Below, piece after piece: positions 11,757 through 24,404 of a stretch of 64,000 nt of DNA. A model generated the notes under the pieces. It did not search any database and was not told the DNA's origin. It saw only the letters and a program-made list of their open reading frames with translations. How positions within the stretch are numbered: position 1 is the stretch's first letter; every line of letters begins with the position of its first letter. The translations under genes were made by a program, and so were the position numbers. Origin of the DNA: Octopus sinensis (Eukaryota); NCBI RefSeq assembly GCF_006345805.1, contig NC_043014.1, positions 6,758,001-6,822,000 on the forward strand, given 5' to 3'.

Positions 11757-12305
11757 TCGTTTCTTGGCCACAAGGGCAAACAAAAATCAAATAAAACATG
11801 TAAGGACAAAATACAGGACGAAAGTTACAAAAAGGGGTTTGTCCGTTTGAAAGGGCCGTGTAAAAATGCAAGATAACAAAGAAAATAGAACAAGTAAAAA
11901 CTCCCAATAGGGGGAGGCGCTTCGAAAGGTTAATCGTGGAAAAACCCATAAAAGCCACGGGAGCCTGGTCAAAAGGGGGGGGAATAATAATAATTTCATT
12001 TATCTGCCACAAGGGCAAAGGGTGAGGGGGGACAATACAGAGACAGACAGACGGACATAAATTGTGTGTGTGGGGGTTACATATAATAATGAAATAAAAA
12101 AAAAAAACGTATACATGGTATATGCTGGAAAAAAAAGACATATGCACAGCCTACAAAGGTAATATATAAAAAGGGGGGGAGATGATAGATGTGGCCCTCC
12201 TGATACAGGAGCACCTCTAAGGATAATCAAGGAACCCCATTGTCTGAGATTTCCCTGAAACCTCAGGAGCAAGGGTCTTCTCCAATTCCTTCTCAACCGA
12301 CTCAT
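11757..12305 (-). mobile_element. Probable 3'UTR of a second Tx1-like LINE
   Basis: TTGACCAGGCTCCCGTGG...TTCCACGATTAACCT resembles the Tx1 UTR near 37279-37336; ends in GCCCTTGTGGCCAAGAAAC. Confidence 0.5.
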
Positions 12306-12314
12306 AATAATTTT

Positions 12315-13068
12315 TTTTTTTTTGCCCACAACGGGCTGAACATAGAGGAGACAAACAGATTAATTCGATTACATTGACCCCAGTGCGTAACTGGTACTTA
12401 ATTTATCGACCCCGAAAGGATGAAAGGCAAAGTCGACCTCGGCGGAATTTGAACTCAGAACGTAGCGGCAGACGAAATACCTATTTCTTTACTACCCACA
12501 AGGGGTTACACACAGAGGGGACAAACAAGGACAGACAAAGGGATTAAGTCGATTACATCGACCCCAGTGCATAACTGGTACTTAATTTTATCGACCCCGA
12601 AAGGATGAAAGGCAAAGTCGACCTCGGCGGAATTTGAACTCAGAACGTAGCGGCAGACAAAATACCTGTTTCTTTACTACCCACAAGGGGCTAAACACAG
12701 AGGAGACAAACAAGGACAGACAAAGGGATTAAGTCGATTACATCGACCCCAGTGCGTAACTGGTACTTAATTTATTGACCCCGAAAGGATGAAAGGCAAA
12801 GTCGACCTCAGCGGAATTTGAACTCAGAACATAGCGGCAGACAAAATACCTGTTTCTTTACTACCCACAAGGGGCTAAACACAGAGGAGACAAACAAGGA
12901 CAGACAAAGGGATTAAGTCGATTACATCGACTCCAGTGCGTAACTGGTACTTAATTTTATCGACCCCGAAAGGATGAAAGACAAAGTCGACCTCGGTGGA
13001 ATTTGAACTCAGAACGCAGCAGCGGACAAAATAACACGAAGCATTTCACCCGTGCCAACGTTTCTGCC
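12315..13068 (-). mobile_element. Family B SINE tandem array (4 units)
   Basis: Junctions at 12481, 12666 and 12850. Confidence 0.9.
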
Positions 13069-13074
13069 AATAAT

Positions 13075-13892
13075 AACGATCCTATCTACTTTAGGCACAA
13101 AGCCTGAGATTTTTTGGGGAGCCAGGGGTTAGTTGATTACTTCGACTCCAGTGTGTAACTGGTACTTACTTCATCGACCAGTAGAAAAAAAAAAATAAAA
13201 GAAAGGCGAAAGAGACCTTGGTGGAATTTGAACTCAGAACAAAGTGCCACTAAGCATTATTGTCAGGTGTGTTAACGATTCCGCCGGCTCACCACATTCA
13301 TAACGATGATAACGACAACATATTAATTATTATTATTATAACCCTTTCTACTAAATGCACAAGGCCTGAAATTTGTGGGGGTGGGGAACAAGTCAATTTC
13401 ATTGACCCCAGTGTTTCACTGGTACTTAATTCATTGACCCCGAAAGGATGAAAGGCAAAGTTGACCTCAGTGGAATTTGAACTCAGAACGTAGCAACTGG
13501 TGAAATACCGCCAAGCATTTCGCCTGATGTGCTAACGATTCTGCCAGTTCACTGCCTTATATGATGATAATCCTTTCTACTATAGGCACAAGGCCTGGAA
13601 TTTAAGGGGAGGGGCGATAGTCAATCACATCGACCCCAGTACTCACTGGTACTTAATTTATCGACCCTGTAAAGATGAAAGGCAAAGTCGACCTCTGCAG
13701 AATTTGAACTCAGAACATAAAGAAATAATAATAATAATTCTTTTCTATTCTAGGCACAAGGCCAGAAATTTTGGGGAAGGGAGCCAGTTGATTAGATTTA
13801 CCCCAGTATGTAACTGGTACTTAATTTATCGACCCCCAAAGGGATGAAAGGCAAAGTCGACCTCGGCAGAATTTGAACTCCAAGCATAAAGA

Positions 13893-13930
<38 letters not shown>

Positions 13931-14300
13931 CAACAATAATATAATAATAATAATAAATAATAATGATGATGATAATAATAATAATAATCCTTTTCACAAG
14001 GCCAGAAATTTTGGGGAAGGGGACCAGTTGATTAGATTTACCCCAGTACGTAACTGGTACTTAATTTATTGACCCCCAAAAGGATGAAAGGCAAAGTCGA
14101 CCTCGGCAGAATTTGAACTCCGAGCATAAAGAAATAATAATGATAACAATAATGACAATAATAATAATAATAATAATAATAATGATGATGATGATAATAA
14201 TAATAATAATCCTTTCTGCTGTAGGTCACAAGGCCTGAAATTTTGAGGGAGGGCATAAGTCGATTACATTGACCCCAGTACGCAACTGGTACTCATTTTA
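13075..14300 (-). mobile_element. Cluster of about 6 family-B-body SINEs with an alternative tail ending in (ATT)n
   Basis: Same GCCTTTCATCCTTTCGGGGTCGAT body, but the tail is ...GGCCTTGTGCCTATAGTAGAAAGG(ATT)n. Confidence 0.8.
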
Positions 14301-14662
14301 TAGACACCCCCACCGAAAAGAATAACAACAACAACAACAACTGCAAGATGCCAAGCCGCGTTAATGACAACATCTGTAGCAACAACAACAGCAAGAACAT
14401 CGACTACAACCATGACCACCACCACAAAAACAACAACACTACAATCACGCCAATACAAACATTATGACCACATCAATGCAAGAACCACAACAACAATAAC
14501 AATACAAACACTATGTTTACTACTACTACTACTACTACTAGTACAGCACTCATGAGACAGTAACCATAGCTACATAAAAACCCCACCCCCCTCGCCACCA
14601 CTATGACAACCCGTTGGACAAAACACCTTGGATAAGAACAGGCATTAAAGCCACCAACTCAC

Positions 14663-14755
14663 ACCAACATCCATGATGGTATTTGTCAGGTCAAACACAG
14701 CAGCGCAGCAGAGATGGATGAAGTCTGTGCGTCCCAGCATCCTCGACTCACAAAA
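14663..14755 (-). CDS. Candidate internal exon of an unidentified host gene (FCESRMLGRTDFIHLCCAAVFDLTNTIMDVG)
   Basis: 93-bp unique island; acceptor gtcgtttcAG, donor GTGAGT; phase 0-0, and the other two minus-strand frames have stops. Confidence 0.5.
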
Positions 14756-14779
14756 CTGAAACGACTGCTGCTGTCAATG

Positions 14780-15600
14780 GTGGTGGTCGTGGTGGCGGCA
14801 GCGGTGGTGGTGATGATGATGAGGACAGTGGCGGTGGTGGTGGTGGTGGTGGTAGTGGTGGTTGTGGTGGTGGTGGTTGTGGTGGTAGTTTAAAGGTTTG
14901 CAATGGCAATGATGTTGGTGATGATGAGGACAGTGGTGGTGGTAGTGGTGGTGGTGGTTGTGGTGGTGGTGGTGGTATAGTGGTGGTGGTGTGGTGGTAG
15001 TTTTAAGGTTTGTGATGGCGATGATGTTGGTGATGATGAGGACAGTGGTGGGGGGTTGTGGTGATAGTGGTGGTGGTGGTAGTGGTGGTGGTGGTAGTGG
15101 TGGGTGGTGGTAGTGGTGGTGGTGGTAGTGGTGGTGGAGTGGTGGGTGGTGGTGTAGTGGTGGTGGTGGTAGTGGTGGTGGTGGTAGTGGTGATAGTGGT
15201 GGTGGTGTAGTGGTGGTGGTGGTAGTGGTGGTGGTGGTAGTGGTGGTGGTAGTGGTGGTGGTGTAGTGGTGGTGGTGGTTGGTGGTGGTGGTGTGGTGGT
15301 AGTGGTGGTGGTGGTAGTGGTTGGTGGTGGGTTAGTGGTGGTGGTGGTTGTGGTGGTAGTGTGTGGTGGTGGTGGTGGTGGTGGTAGTGGTGGTGGTATG
15401 TAGTGGTGGGGTGGTAGTGGTGGTGGTGGTAGTGGTGGTGGTGGCGGTGGTAGTGGTGGTGGTAGTTTAAAGGTTTGTGATGGCGATGATGTTGGTGATG
15501 ATGATGATGATGGCGGTAGGTGAGATGTTGGTGATGCTGGTGATGATGTTGGCAGGTAATAATAGTACAACAGATGGTTGTGACAGTAGTAGTAGTAGCA
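14780..15600. repeat. Degenerate (GGT/AGT)n array with higher-order units
   Basis: Anchor GTAGTTT(T/A)AAGGTTTG..ATGATGTTGGTGATGATGA recurs near 14885, 14997 and 15463. Confidence 0.9.
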
Positions 15601-15724
15601 GCAGCAGTGATGTCATTGCAGGCAGAAATCTGTATATACTTGTATAACAGGATTGGAGACAAAATCTACACACCTGTGTGTGTGTGTGTGGACGGATGCC
15701 TCGACGGATATAGATATGCCTAGG

Positions 15725-15728
15725 TATG

Positions 15729-15789
<61 letters not shown>

Positions 15790-16360
15790 ATATATGTATA
15801 TAATATATGTGTATATATATATGTGTTATATTATATGTATATATATATGTGTATATATATATGTATATATATATGTATATGTATATATATAATATGTATA
15901 ATATATGTATATATGAATGGACATGCTATAATGAGTATTGGTACATGTGTATATATACATACATGAATTCATGTGTGTGCGTGTGCATTTGTATAGAAAT
16001 GTGTGTGTGTGTGTGTGTATAAATGATGTGCATACATGGAGACATTGATATGCACACACTATTGTATAAATATATTTACAAATTGGTGAGTGTGTGTGTG
16101 TGTGTGTGTGTTTTTTTTGCATGAACATACATAATGTATGCATGTGCATATATGTATACACGCATTCATTTTCATATATATATATACACACATACAGTCA
16201 TATATATATATATATATATATGTATACATGCATATTCATATATATATATATATATATATTATATATACATATTCACATAGATACATATTTACATATATAC
16301 ATATTCATACACATTTATATACATATTCACATATTCATATATATACATATTCACATACAC

Positions 16361-16401
<41 letters not shown>

Positions 16402-16760
16402 TATTATATATATACATACATATTCATATATCATCATCATCATCATCATCATCGTTTAACGTCCGCTTTCCATGCTAGCATGGGTTATTCATATATATAT
16501 ATATATGTATACATACATATTCATATATATATATATGTATACATACATATTCATATATATATATATGTATACATACATATTCATAAATATATATAAGCAT
16601 ACACATATATATGTATACACACAGATTATATATGCAGATATGCATATTCATATATGTACATGTATATATATTTTTATATGTGCACACATACATATTCATA
16701 TATATATATATATATATACATATACACACACACACCCACACATCCACACGTGTGTGTGTG
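15725..16760. repeat. (TA)n/(CA)n/(TACA)n microsatellite cluster
   Basis: Direct inspection. Confidence 0.9.
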
Positions 16761-16849
16761 TGCATGTGAGACCCTGTAAAAGCATGAACTAGATTGACCA
16801 ATGTGCAATTACCTAAGTCACGTAATAACTTAACGAGGAAGAATTGGTG

Positions 16850-17440
16850 GTGGCTGTGGTGGGTGTTACAGCGTGTAGCTCAGTGGTGATGGTAGTAGTA
16901 GTAGTAGTGGTGGTGGTGGTGGTGATGGCGATGGTTGTAACGGAATGTAGCTTGATGACCGTCATTGTAGTGATGGTGTCGAATGCGAAGGCGGTGGATA
17001 GCAGCAATGCTAGTAGCTGTAGTAGTATTAGTAGTAGTAGTGGTGGTGGTGGCGGTAGTAGCGGTGATAGTAGTGGTAGTAGTAGCAGTGGTAGTGGTGG
17101 CGCCAGTAGTAGTGGTGGTGGTGGTGGAGGTGGTGGTGGCGGTGGTAGTAGTAGTAGTAGTGATGGGAATGGTGGTCGCAGCAGTGGTTGTGATGGTAGT
17201 AGTTGTAGTGGTTGTGGTGGTGGTGGCGGTAGTAGCGGTGATAGTAGTGGTAGTAGTAGAGGTGGTGGTAGTAATGGCGCCAGTAGTAGTAGCGGTGGTG
17301 GTGGTGGCGGTGGTAGTAGTAGTAGTGATAGGAGTGGTGGTCGCAGCAGTGGTAGTGATGGTAGTAGCAGCAGCAGTAGTAGTAGTAGTAGTAGTAGGTG
17401 CAGCGGTAGCAGCAACAGGTGTAGTAGTTGTAATAACACA
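16850..17440. repeat. Degenerate (GGT/AGT)n array with an internal ~180-bp duplication
   Basis: GGCGGTAGTAGCGGTGATAG...GGCGCCAG...GGTCGCAGCAG occurs twice. Confidence 0.9.
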
Positions 17441-17953
17441 AAGAGAAAACAATTAACCAGAAAGCGGTGTGGGGGTGGGGTGGGGGAGGGGTGTCGCCGT
17501 GTGCGGGGTGGGAGGTGGAGGCGGGTGGGAGGTGGTGGGGTGGGGGAGGACTTTGGCAGGTGGTGATTCAGAGATGATCGTCACAGACAGAACATGTTTT
17601 AGGTTTGTAGAATGCGGAAGGAGACGGGTTGATGCTTCGAATAACGGTTGGCACCATTTGTAGTCGTGGAAGGAAATATTGGTAAACTGATTGTGTGTGT
17701 CAGGAGGCACAGAACGGGGGAGGGAGGCAGGTGGCGCAGGTGGCTGGTATTGATCAAATGCCTAATGCCATGCATGTGTGTGTGTGTGTGAGTCTATCTC
17801 TCTATCTGTATCTAGATATATATATATCCCTCTGTCTCTCTATCTGTGTCCAGATAGAGAGACAGAGGGATATATATATGTATATATTGGTTAAAAACGG
17901 TAAGATAACAAAAGAATGAGACCTCAATATTATGTAAATAGAGGAAATTTATC

Positions 17954-18125
17954 TGTAAATATAATATGTGACAATTATTCAGTAGCAAAGATAAAACTCT
18001 GAGTTTCAGATGCCGAAGTGGAAATGGCCAAATAACCGAAGAGATGGTGTTGTGGATTTCTACCTCGGCATCCAAAACTCAGAGTTTTATCTTGGCTAGC
18101 GAATAATTGTCACATATTAATTTAC
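17954..18125. mobile_element. Foldback element: ~70-bp inverted arms around a CCGAAGA hammerhead-like core
   Basis: Arms 17954-18025 and 18056-18125; core at 18036-18042. Confidence 0.8.
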
Positions 18126-20679
18126 ACACACACACATATATATATATATATCATCATCATCATCATCATCATTTAGCGTCCGCTTTCCATGCTAGCATGG
18201 ATTGGACGGTTCAACTGGGGTCTGGGAAGCCAGAAGGCTGCACCAGGCTCCAGTCTGATCTGGCAGTGTTTCTACAGCTGGATGCCCTTCTTAACGCCAA
18301 CCACTCCGTGAGTGTAGTGGGTGCTTTTTACATGCCACCAGTTCAGGGGCCAGACAGAGCTGGCAAACGGCCACGAACAGATGGTGCTTTTTACGTGCCA
18401 CCGGCACGGAGGCCAGTCGGGGTGGCGCTGGCAACGGACACGGTCGGGTGGTGCTTTTTACATGCCACCGGCATATACATATATGCACATACACACACAC
18501 ACAAATAGGCATAGATAGAGAAATGGGCAGATGGACAGACCGACAGATGGACAGGTAGACAAACGGACAGACAAATGGACAGACAGACAAATGGACAGAC
18601 AGACCAACAGACAGACAGACAGACCGACAGACCAACAGACAGACAGACGGATGGGTAGACAAACGGACAGACAGATAAAAGGACAGGTAGACAAATGAAC
18701 AGTGAACAGATGGACAGACTGACAGACGGACAGATCGACAGACGGACAGACCGACAGACGGACCGACAGACTGACAGATAGACAAAAGCACAGACAAGTG
18801 GGACAGACAGACAGACAGAGACACATACATAGATAGACATGTGCATCTTTGTTTTATTTGTTTCAGTCATCGGAATACGGCCATGCTGGGGCAATGGTTT
18901 CAAGAATTTTAGTTGAACGAATCAACCCCAGTATTTAGTTTTCTCTTTTGCTGAACCGCTATGTAACAGGGATGTTACACTTGTCACGCTGTGGTGGGAG
19001 ACAAACGCAGGTACAAGCATGCACACACACACAAGCTTCATTCAGTTTCCATCTACCAAATCCACTTTGAAGGTTTTGGTCAGTCCAAGGCTATAATAAA
19101 AGACATTTGTCCAAGGTACCAGGTAGTGGGATTGAAACCAAAACCATGCGGCTGGGGAGGAAGCTTCTTACCACACAACCATGCCTGGACATGTATATAT
19201 TCTTTCACTCTTACACTGATTTCGAGCAGTCAATTGTGGCCCCACTGGGGCAATGCCTTGAAGGATTGCATAGATCAGTGGTTTTCAACTAGGGTTCCGC
19301 GGAACCTTAGGATTCCGCTAGTACAGTCCAGGGGTTCCGCAAGAAGTTACAAAAATGCTAAATTCGACAGTAATTTTTAATTCTCCTGTGCAGATATGTG
19401 TGCATAGGACAATTAAATTATTGCACAGGGGTTCCTCGAGCCAGTGAAATGTTTTCTTGGGGTTCCGCTCCAGCAAAAAGTTTGAAAAGCACTGGCATAG
19501 ATCATACTGACCCTCGCACTTAATCTAAGCTCTGGTACTTTATCATTCCCTCTTTGTTCAACTGCTAAGTTGCAGGGCATAAAATAGACACAATCAAGAA
19601 CACAAATATATGACTTGTCTGTTTAGTTGGACACAATATGGAGGATGCTGGGGTCACATAACCGGCACCTGTGCCAGCGGCATGTAAAAAGCACCTTTCA
19701 AGCATTGGGCCCCACAGAGGCAATGACAAATGACCGAGACCTTTGGCAATATACCGTTCTTGAGAAGAAGACCCATCAGGCCAAATGAAATCGTAGATGG
19801 GGAAGATACTAGTGTCACAAAAAAGGAGCACTCCGTCGGTTACGACAACGGGGGTCCCAGCTGATACGATCAACGGAACAGCCTGCTCGTGAAATTAACG
19901 TGTAAGTGGCTGAGTACTCCACAGACATGTGTACCCTTAATGTAATTCTCAGGGTGATTCAGAGTGACACGGATTGTGACAAGGCTGGCTCTTTGAAATA
20001 CAGGTACTACTCATTTTTGCCAGCTGAGTGGACTGGAGCAACGTGAAGTAAAGTGTCTTGTTCAAGGACACAACGCGTCGCCAGGAATCGAACTCACAAC
20101 CTTACGATCATGAGCCGAATGCCCTAACCACTGAGCCATGCGCCTTCATACAACTAGCATGTAAAAACATCCTTTTACATTCTTGGAGTGGTTGGCATTT
20201 GGAAGGGCATCCGGCTATGTTAACCATGCCAAATCAGACTGGAATCTGGTGCAGCCCCTCAGCTTACCAGCCCTGACCAAACCATCCAACTCATGCCAAC
20301 ATGGACAATGGACATTAAATGATGATGATGATGATGAAAGAAATCAACTGCAGTACTTATTCCTCTTAAGGCTCAGGAGTGGTTGTGTGGTAAGTAGCTT
20401 GCTAACCAATCACATGGTTCCGGGTTCAGTCCCACTGCATGGCCCTTGGGCAAGTGTCTCCTGCTATAACCTCGGGCCAATCAATGCCTTGTGAGTGGAT
20501 TTGGTAGACGGAAACTGAAAAAAGCCCGTCGTATATATGTATATATATATATATGCGTGTGTGTGTTTGTCCCCCTAGCATTGCTTGACAACCGATGCTG
20601 GGCTCAACTGATGGAGACTAACCTCACCCAACAGATTTCCATCTGCATTTCATTTGCAATAACATGAAGAAAATTCTTC

Positions 20680-21062
20680 CAACCACATGGTTCCGGGTTC
20701 AGTCCCACTGCGTGGCACCCTGGGCAGGTGTCTTCTACTATAGCCTCGGGTAATCGCGTCCGAGTCGAGGGCAGCGTGAAAAAAAAAGTGGATTTGGTAG
20801 ACAGAAACTGAAAGAAGCCTGTCGTATATATGTATATATATATATATATGTATGTGTGGGTGTGTTTGTCTCCCTAGCATTGCTTGACAACCGATGCTGG
20901 TGTGTTGACGTCCCCGTCACTTAGCAGTTCGGCAAAAGAGACCGATAGAATAAGTACTGGACTTACAAAAGAATAAGTCCCGGGGTTGAGTTGCTCGATT
21001 AAAGGCGGTGCTCCAGCATGGTCGCAGTCAAATGACTGAAACCAGTAAAAGAGTAAAAGAGA
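20680..21062 (+). mobile_element. Family A SINE
   Basis: Matches family A body and (AGTAAAAG)n tail. Confidence 0.85.
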
Positions 21063-21704
21063 AAGAGAGAGTATACAACCAGGCTGATCAAAGATTACTC
21101 CCCAAATATCCAAAACCCATCTGCATCAACTTGGTTACATCTGCAGGCTCAATTGATGGAGACTAACCTCACCCAACAGATTTCCATCTGCATTTCATTT
21201 GCAATAACGTGAAGAAAATGATTCCTTTTTGAAGTAAATGGTGACAGGGAACAAAACATGGAGACGACACGGAGGCGATGACAAGTGACCTGGACCTTGG
21301 CGATATGCTGCGCTTGAGAAGACTCATTAAACCGAGTGAAACTGTAGTTGTGGGCATTGCCAGAGTCACATAAATGGCACGCACGGAATCTTAGTTGTGG
21401 CCGTTACTGGTGACATATAAATGGCACCCATTACATTCTCAGAGTGGTTGGCATTAGGAAGGGTGTCCAGCCGTAGAAACCAAGCCAAATCAGACTGGAA
21501 CCTGGTGGTGCAGCTCTCCGGTTTACTGGTTCCGGTCAAACCATCCAACCCATGCCAGCATGGAAAGCAGACGTGAACTAAAGTGTCTTGCTCAAGAACC
21601 CAATGCACTGCTGGAAACTGAACTCACCACCTTACAACTGAGAGCTAGTCACCCTAACCACCAAACTACTAGCCTTACAAACACACACACACATTACATA
21701 TATG

Positions 21705-22258
21705 TAGTCAAGCATGACCTCAGAGCATTGGGCCTCACAGAGGCAATGACGAAGGACCGAGATCTCTGGAGATATGCTGTGACTGCAAAGACCCAGGCTG
21801 CTTCCTGCACCAGTTTCGCATAGCCCCTGCCCATTCAAAGTACCTTGGATTTCAGAACAACCCTCTGTGCTTGAGGAGACCTATTGAGTCAAGTACATGA
21901 ACATCGAAATAAATATCAATGGAAATAGTAGTTGTGATACCTGTGCCGGTGGCACTTAAAAGGCACCATCTGAATGTGGCCAATGCCAGCACCGCTTTGA
22001 CTGGCTTCTGTGCCGGTAGCACGTTAAAAGCACCACCTGATTGTGGCTGATGCCAGACCCCCCTGACACCTGTGCCGGTGGCACGTAAAAAGCACCCACT
22101 ACACTCGTGGAGTGGTTGGCGTTAGGAAGGGCATCCAGCTGTAGAAACATTGCCAGATCAGACTGGAGCCTGGTGCAGCCTTCTGGCTTCCCAGACCCCA
22201 GTCGAACCGTCCAACCCATGCTAGCGCGGAAAACGGATGTTAAACGATGATGATGATG

Positions 22259-22260
<2 letters not shown>
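21705..22260 (+). mobile_element. RTE LINE 3' end: ORF2 C-terminus continuous with the family C UTR and (GAT)n tail
   Basis: VVKHDLRALGLTEAMTKDRDLWRYAV..KT followed by the family C sequence. Confidence 0.8.
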
Positions 22261-22293
<33 letters not shown>

Positions 22294-23585
22294 TATATTA
22301 TATATATATGTACCAGTACAAGACAAGAGACAACAGTACCCCTATATATATATATATACATCAAGAGTTGAAGGCCAGAGGCAAAGCTTGAGAGACATAA
22401 TCTTAACCTTTTGGTTTTAATCCATGTGAAACATCGATTTCTTCAGTATATAAAAGACATCTGCTGAGGCCCTGTTGGTATGTATACATTCTTATATGTG
22501 GATTATATATATATACACATGTACACACACATATACATGTGCACATGGAACGTTACAAAATCCTGTATTCAGCTGTTGTTAATGATTTTCCAATTTTTAA
22601 TAAACATAATAATTAACAAAGTAATATATAATCCAAGACATGCCTAGAAGAGCAAACCATATGTTCTACAGTATGTTATCTAAAATACAGTTATACTATC
22701 AGCCGTTCCCTGGGTACCACAGCAGTTGTAATGTTGGTCTGTTCCACCCTGGGGTGGTACTCAAGACTAACGCTACCTGTGCATGTGTGAGTGTGAATCA
22801 GTGTGTGTGTGTGTGTATGACTTCAGTTGTTTCATCGTCATCATCATCGTTTAATCCTTTAGTGTTTAACCCTTTAGTGTTAAAACCAGCTATACCAGGC
22901 CAAAATTGTCTCCCTGCTTTATGCTCAAACCAGCCAGCTCTGACCTCTCACACCTACCCTACAAAGTCATTCCAAAAATAAACAGGGACATCATCAAAAT
23001 CTCAGAGTTACAAGATGCTGTACAATTAATTTAAAACAATGTAATTAAACAGGCTTTACATTTGACAGATTAATCTGAATGCTAAAGGGTTAAACCGGCT
23101 ATATCTGGCTCGAATATTCTACTCATTTTATGCTCAAACTGGCCAGAACCAGTATCTCACACCTACCCTGCAATGTCATTCTAAAAATAAGCAATTACAT
23201 CTTTCAAATCTTGAAGCTACAAGATAATACCAGATTAATTTTTTTAAATGTAAATGAATAAGGATTACTTTTGATATATAAATTTGAACACTAAAGGGTT
23301 AACATCCGTTTTCCATGCTGGCATGGGTTAGATGGTTTGACTGAGGACTGGGAAGCCAGGAGGCTGCACCAAGGATCCAATCTGATCTGGCAATGTTTCT
23401 ACAGCTAGAGGCCCTTCCTAATGCCAACCACTTTGAGTGTAATGGGGGCATTTGACAAATATGTTTTTGCTTTCACAGAAATAATTACCTTATTCATACA
23501 CCTTGCTGTTGTTTGTTCCTTCTTGAACCATGCTTGGCTCACAAGGGCCGGTTTCCTGGTTTCATTGGCATATAGGTTCATTTTG

Positions 23586-24335
23586 GAGCTTCCGGTGTGA
23601 ATACCAAGGATTACAGCATGCCATTTCCAAATTTCTGGCAGAGTGAATTGAGTCATGGTGCTGTTTTTCCCACAGACGGTGCCCAACTGACCCTACTATA
23701 CTGTGTAGTTAACAAAATCAAGACCAAACAACGTGCATGTGTAAAATGAAAAAAAGAAATATTTGCCATGACTAGATGGTGAACACACAGAACAACCGTT
23801 GGCTTGCTGTATCACTAAAACAGTACCAGGCATGATAAAAACCAAGCATCTGGTCAACATCATGGTGCTTGAAGTGATCACTAGTGATGACAACCCTAAC
23901 CCCATTCATCTTCCCACAGGGCCACAGACTCAAGTGCCTGGAGGAGATTGTGCTGCCCTGCCCTGGGTGAAGTGGGTGTCTAATGGAAGACCCTATGTCT
24001 GACAATATGATTCAGCACCATGTCACACAAGCAAGAGAACCCAGTCGTGACGGCCACCCCACCCCCAATTACTGTGTGGGGTATATCTGTGTGAGAGACC
24101 GACAAAACTGAAGGCAAGGGTTATGGCAGCATTCACCAACTTTAACAAGGAGACTGTCCAGAAGAGTTGCAGGAGATTCCGAAGTTGTCTGGATGCTGTG
24201 GTTGAAGCCAATGGTGATTTTATTGAATAAATTTACTCTTTAGTATTTCAAGATATTTTTATGTAATTTTGGTAAATATGTTAGAATGAGATGCCAGTAT
24301 TATTTCCATTTTTGTATAATTTAGACGATAATTTA
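23586..24335. mobile_element. Rearranged DD37D (maT-type) Tc1/mariner transposase remnant
   Basis: Plus strand: NTQNNRWLA..KTKHLVNIMV..KCLEEIVLP..GRPYV*QYDSAPCHTS..ACRR-type tail SCRRFRSCLDAVVEANGDFIE*. Minus strand: N-terminus MTQFTLPEIWKWHAVILGI. Confidence 0.8.
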
Positions 24336-24404
24336 TTCACCACCAACCCATGCTATCATGGAAAGCAGACGATGATGATGATGATGATATACATATATAC
24401 CATA

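Noticed and set aside
17568-17686. Possible exon in a unique island
   Set aside because: Competing readings (minus-strand acceptor at 17686; plus-strand 17611-17681), none with recognisable homology; unresolved without RNA-seq.
21173-21341. Minus-strand exon-like open frame
   Set aside because: About half is the antisense of an RTE 3'-end fragment (TEAMTSD..EKT).
23405-23686. 93-aa ORF with an apparent AAG|GTAATT donor
   Set aside because: Chimera of a DD37D transposase N-terminus and a SINE tail fragment.
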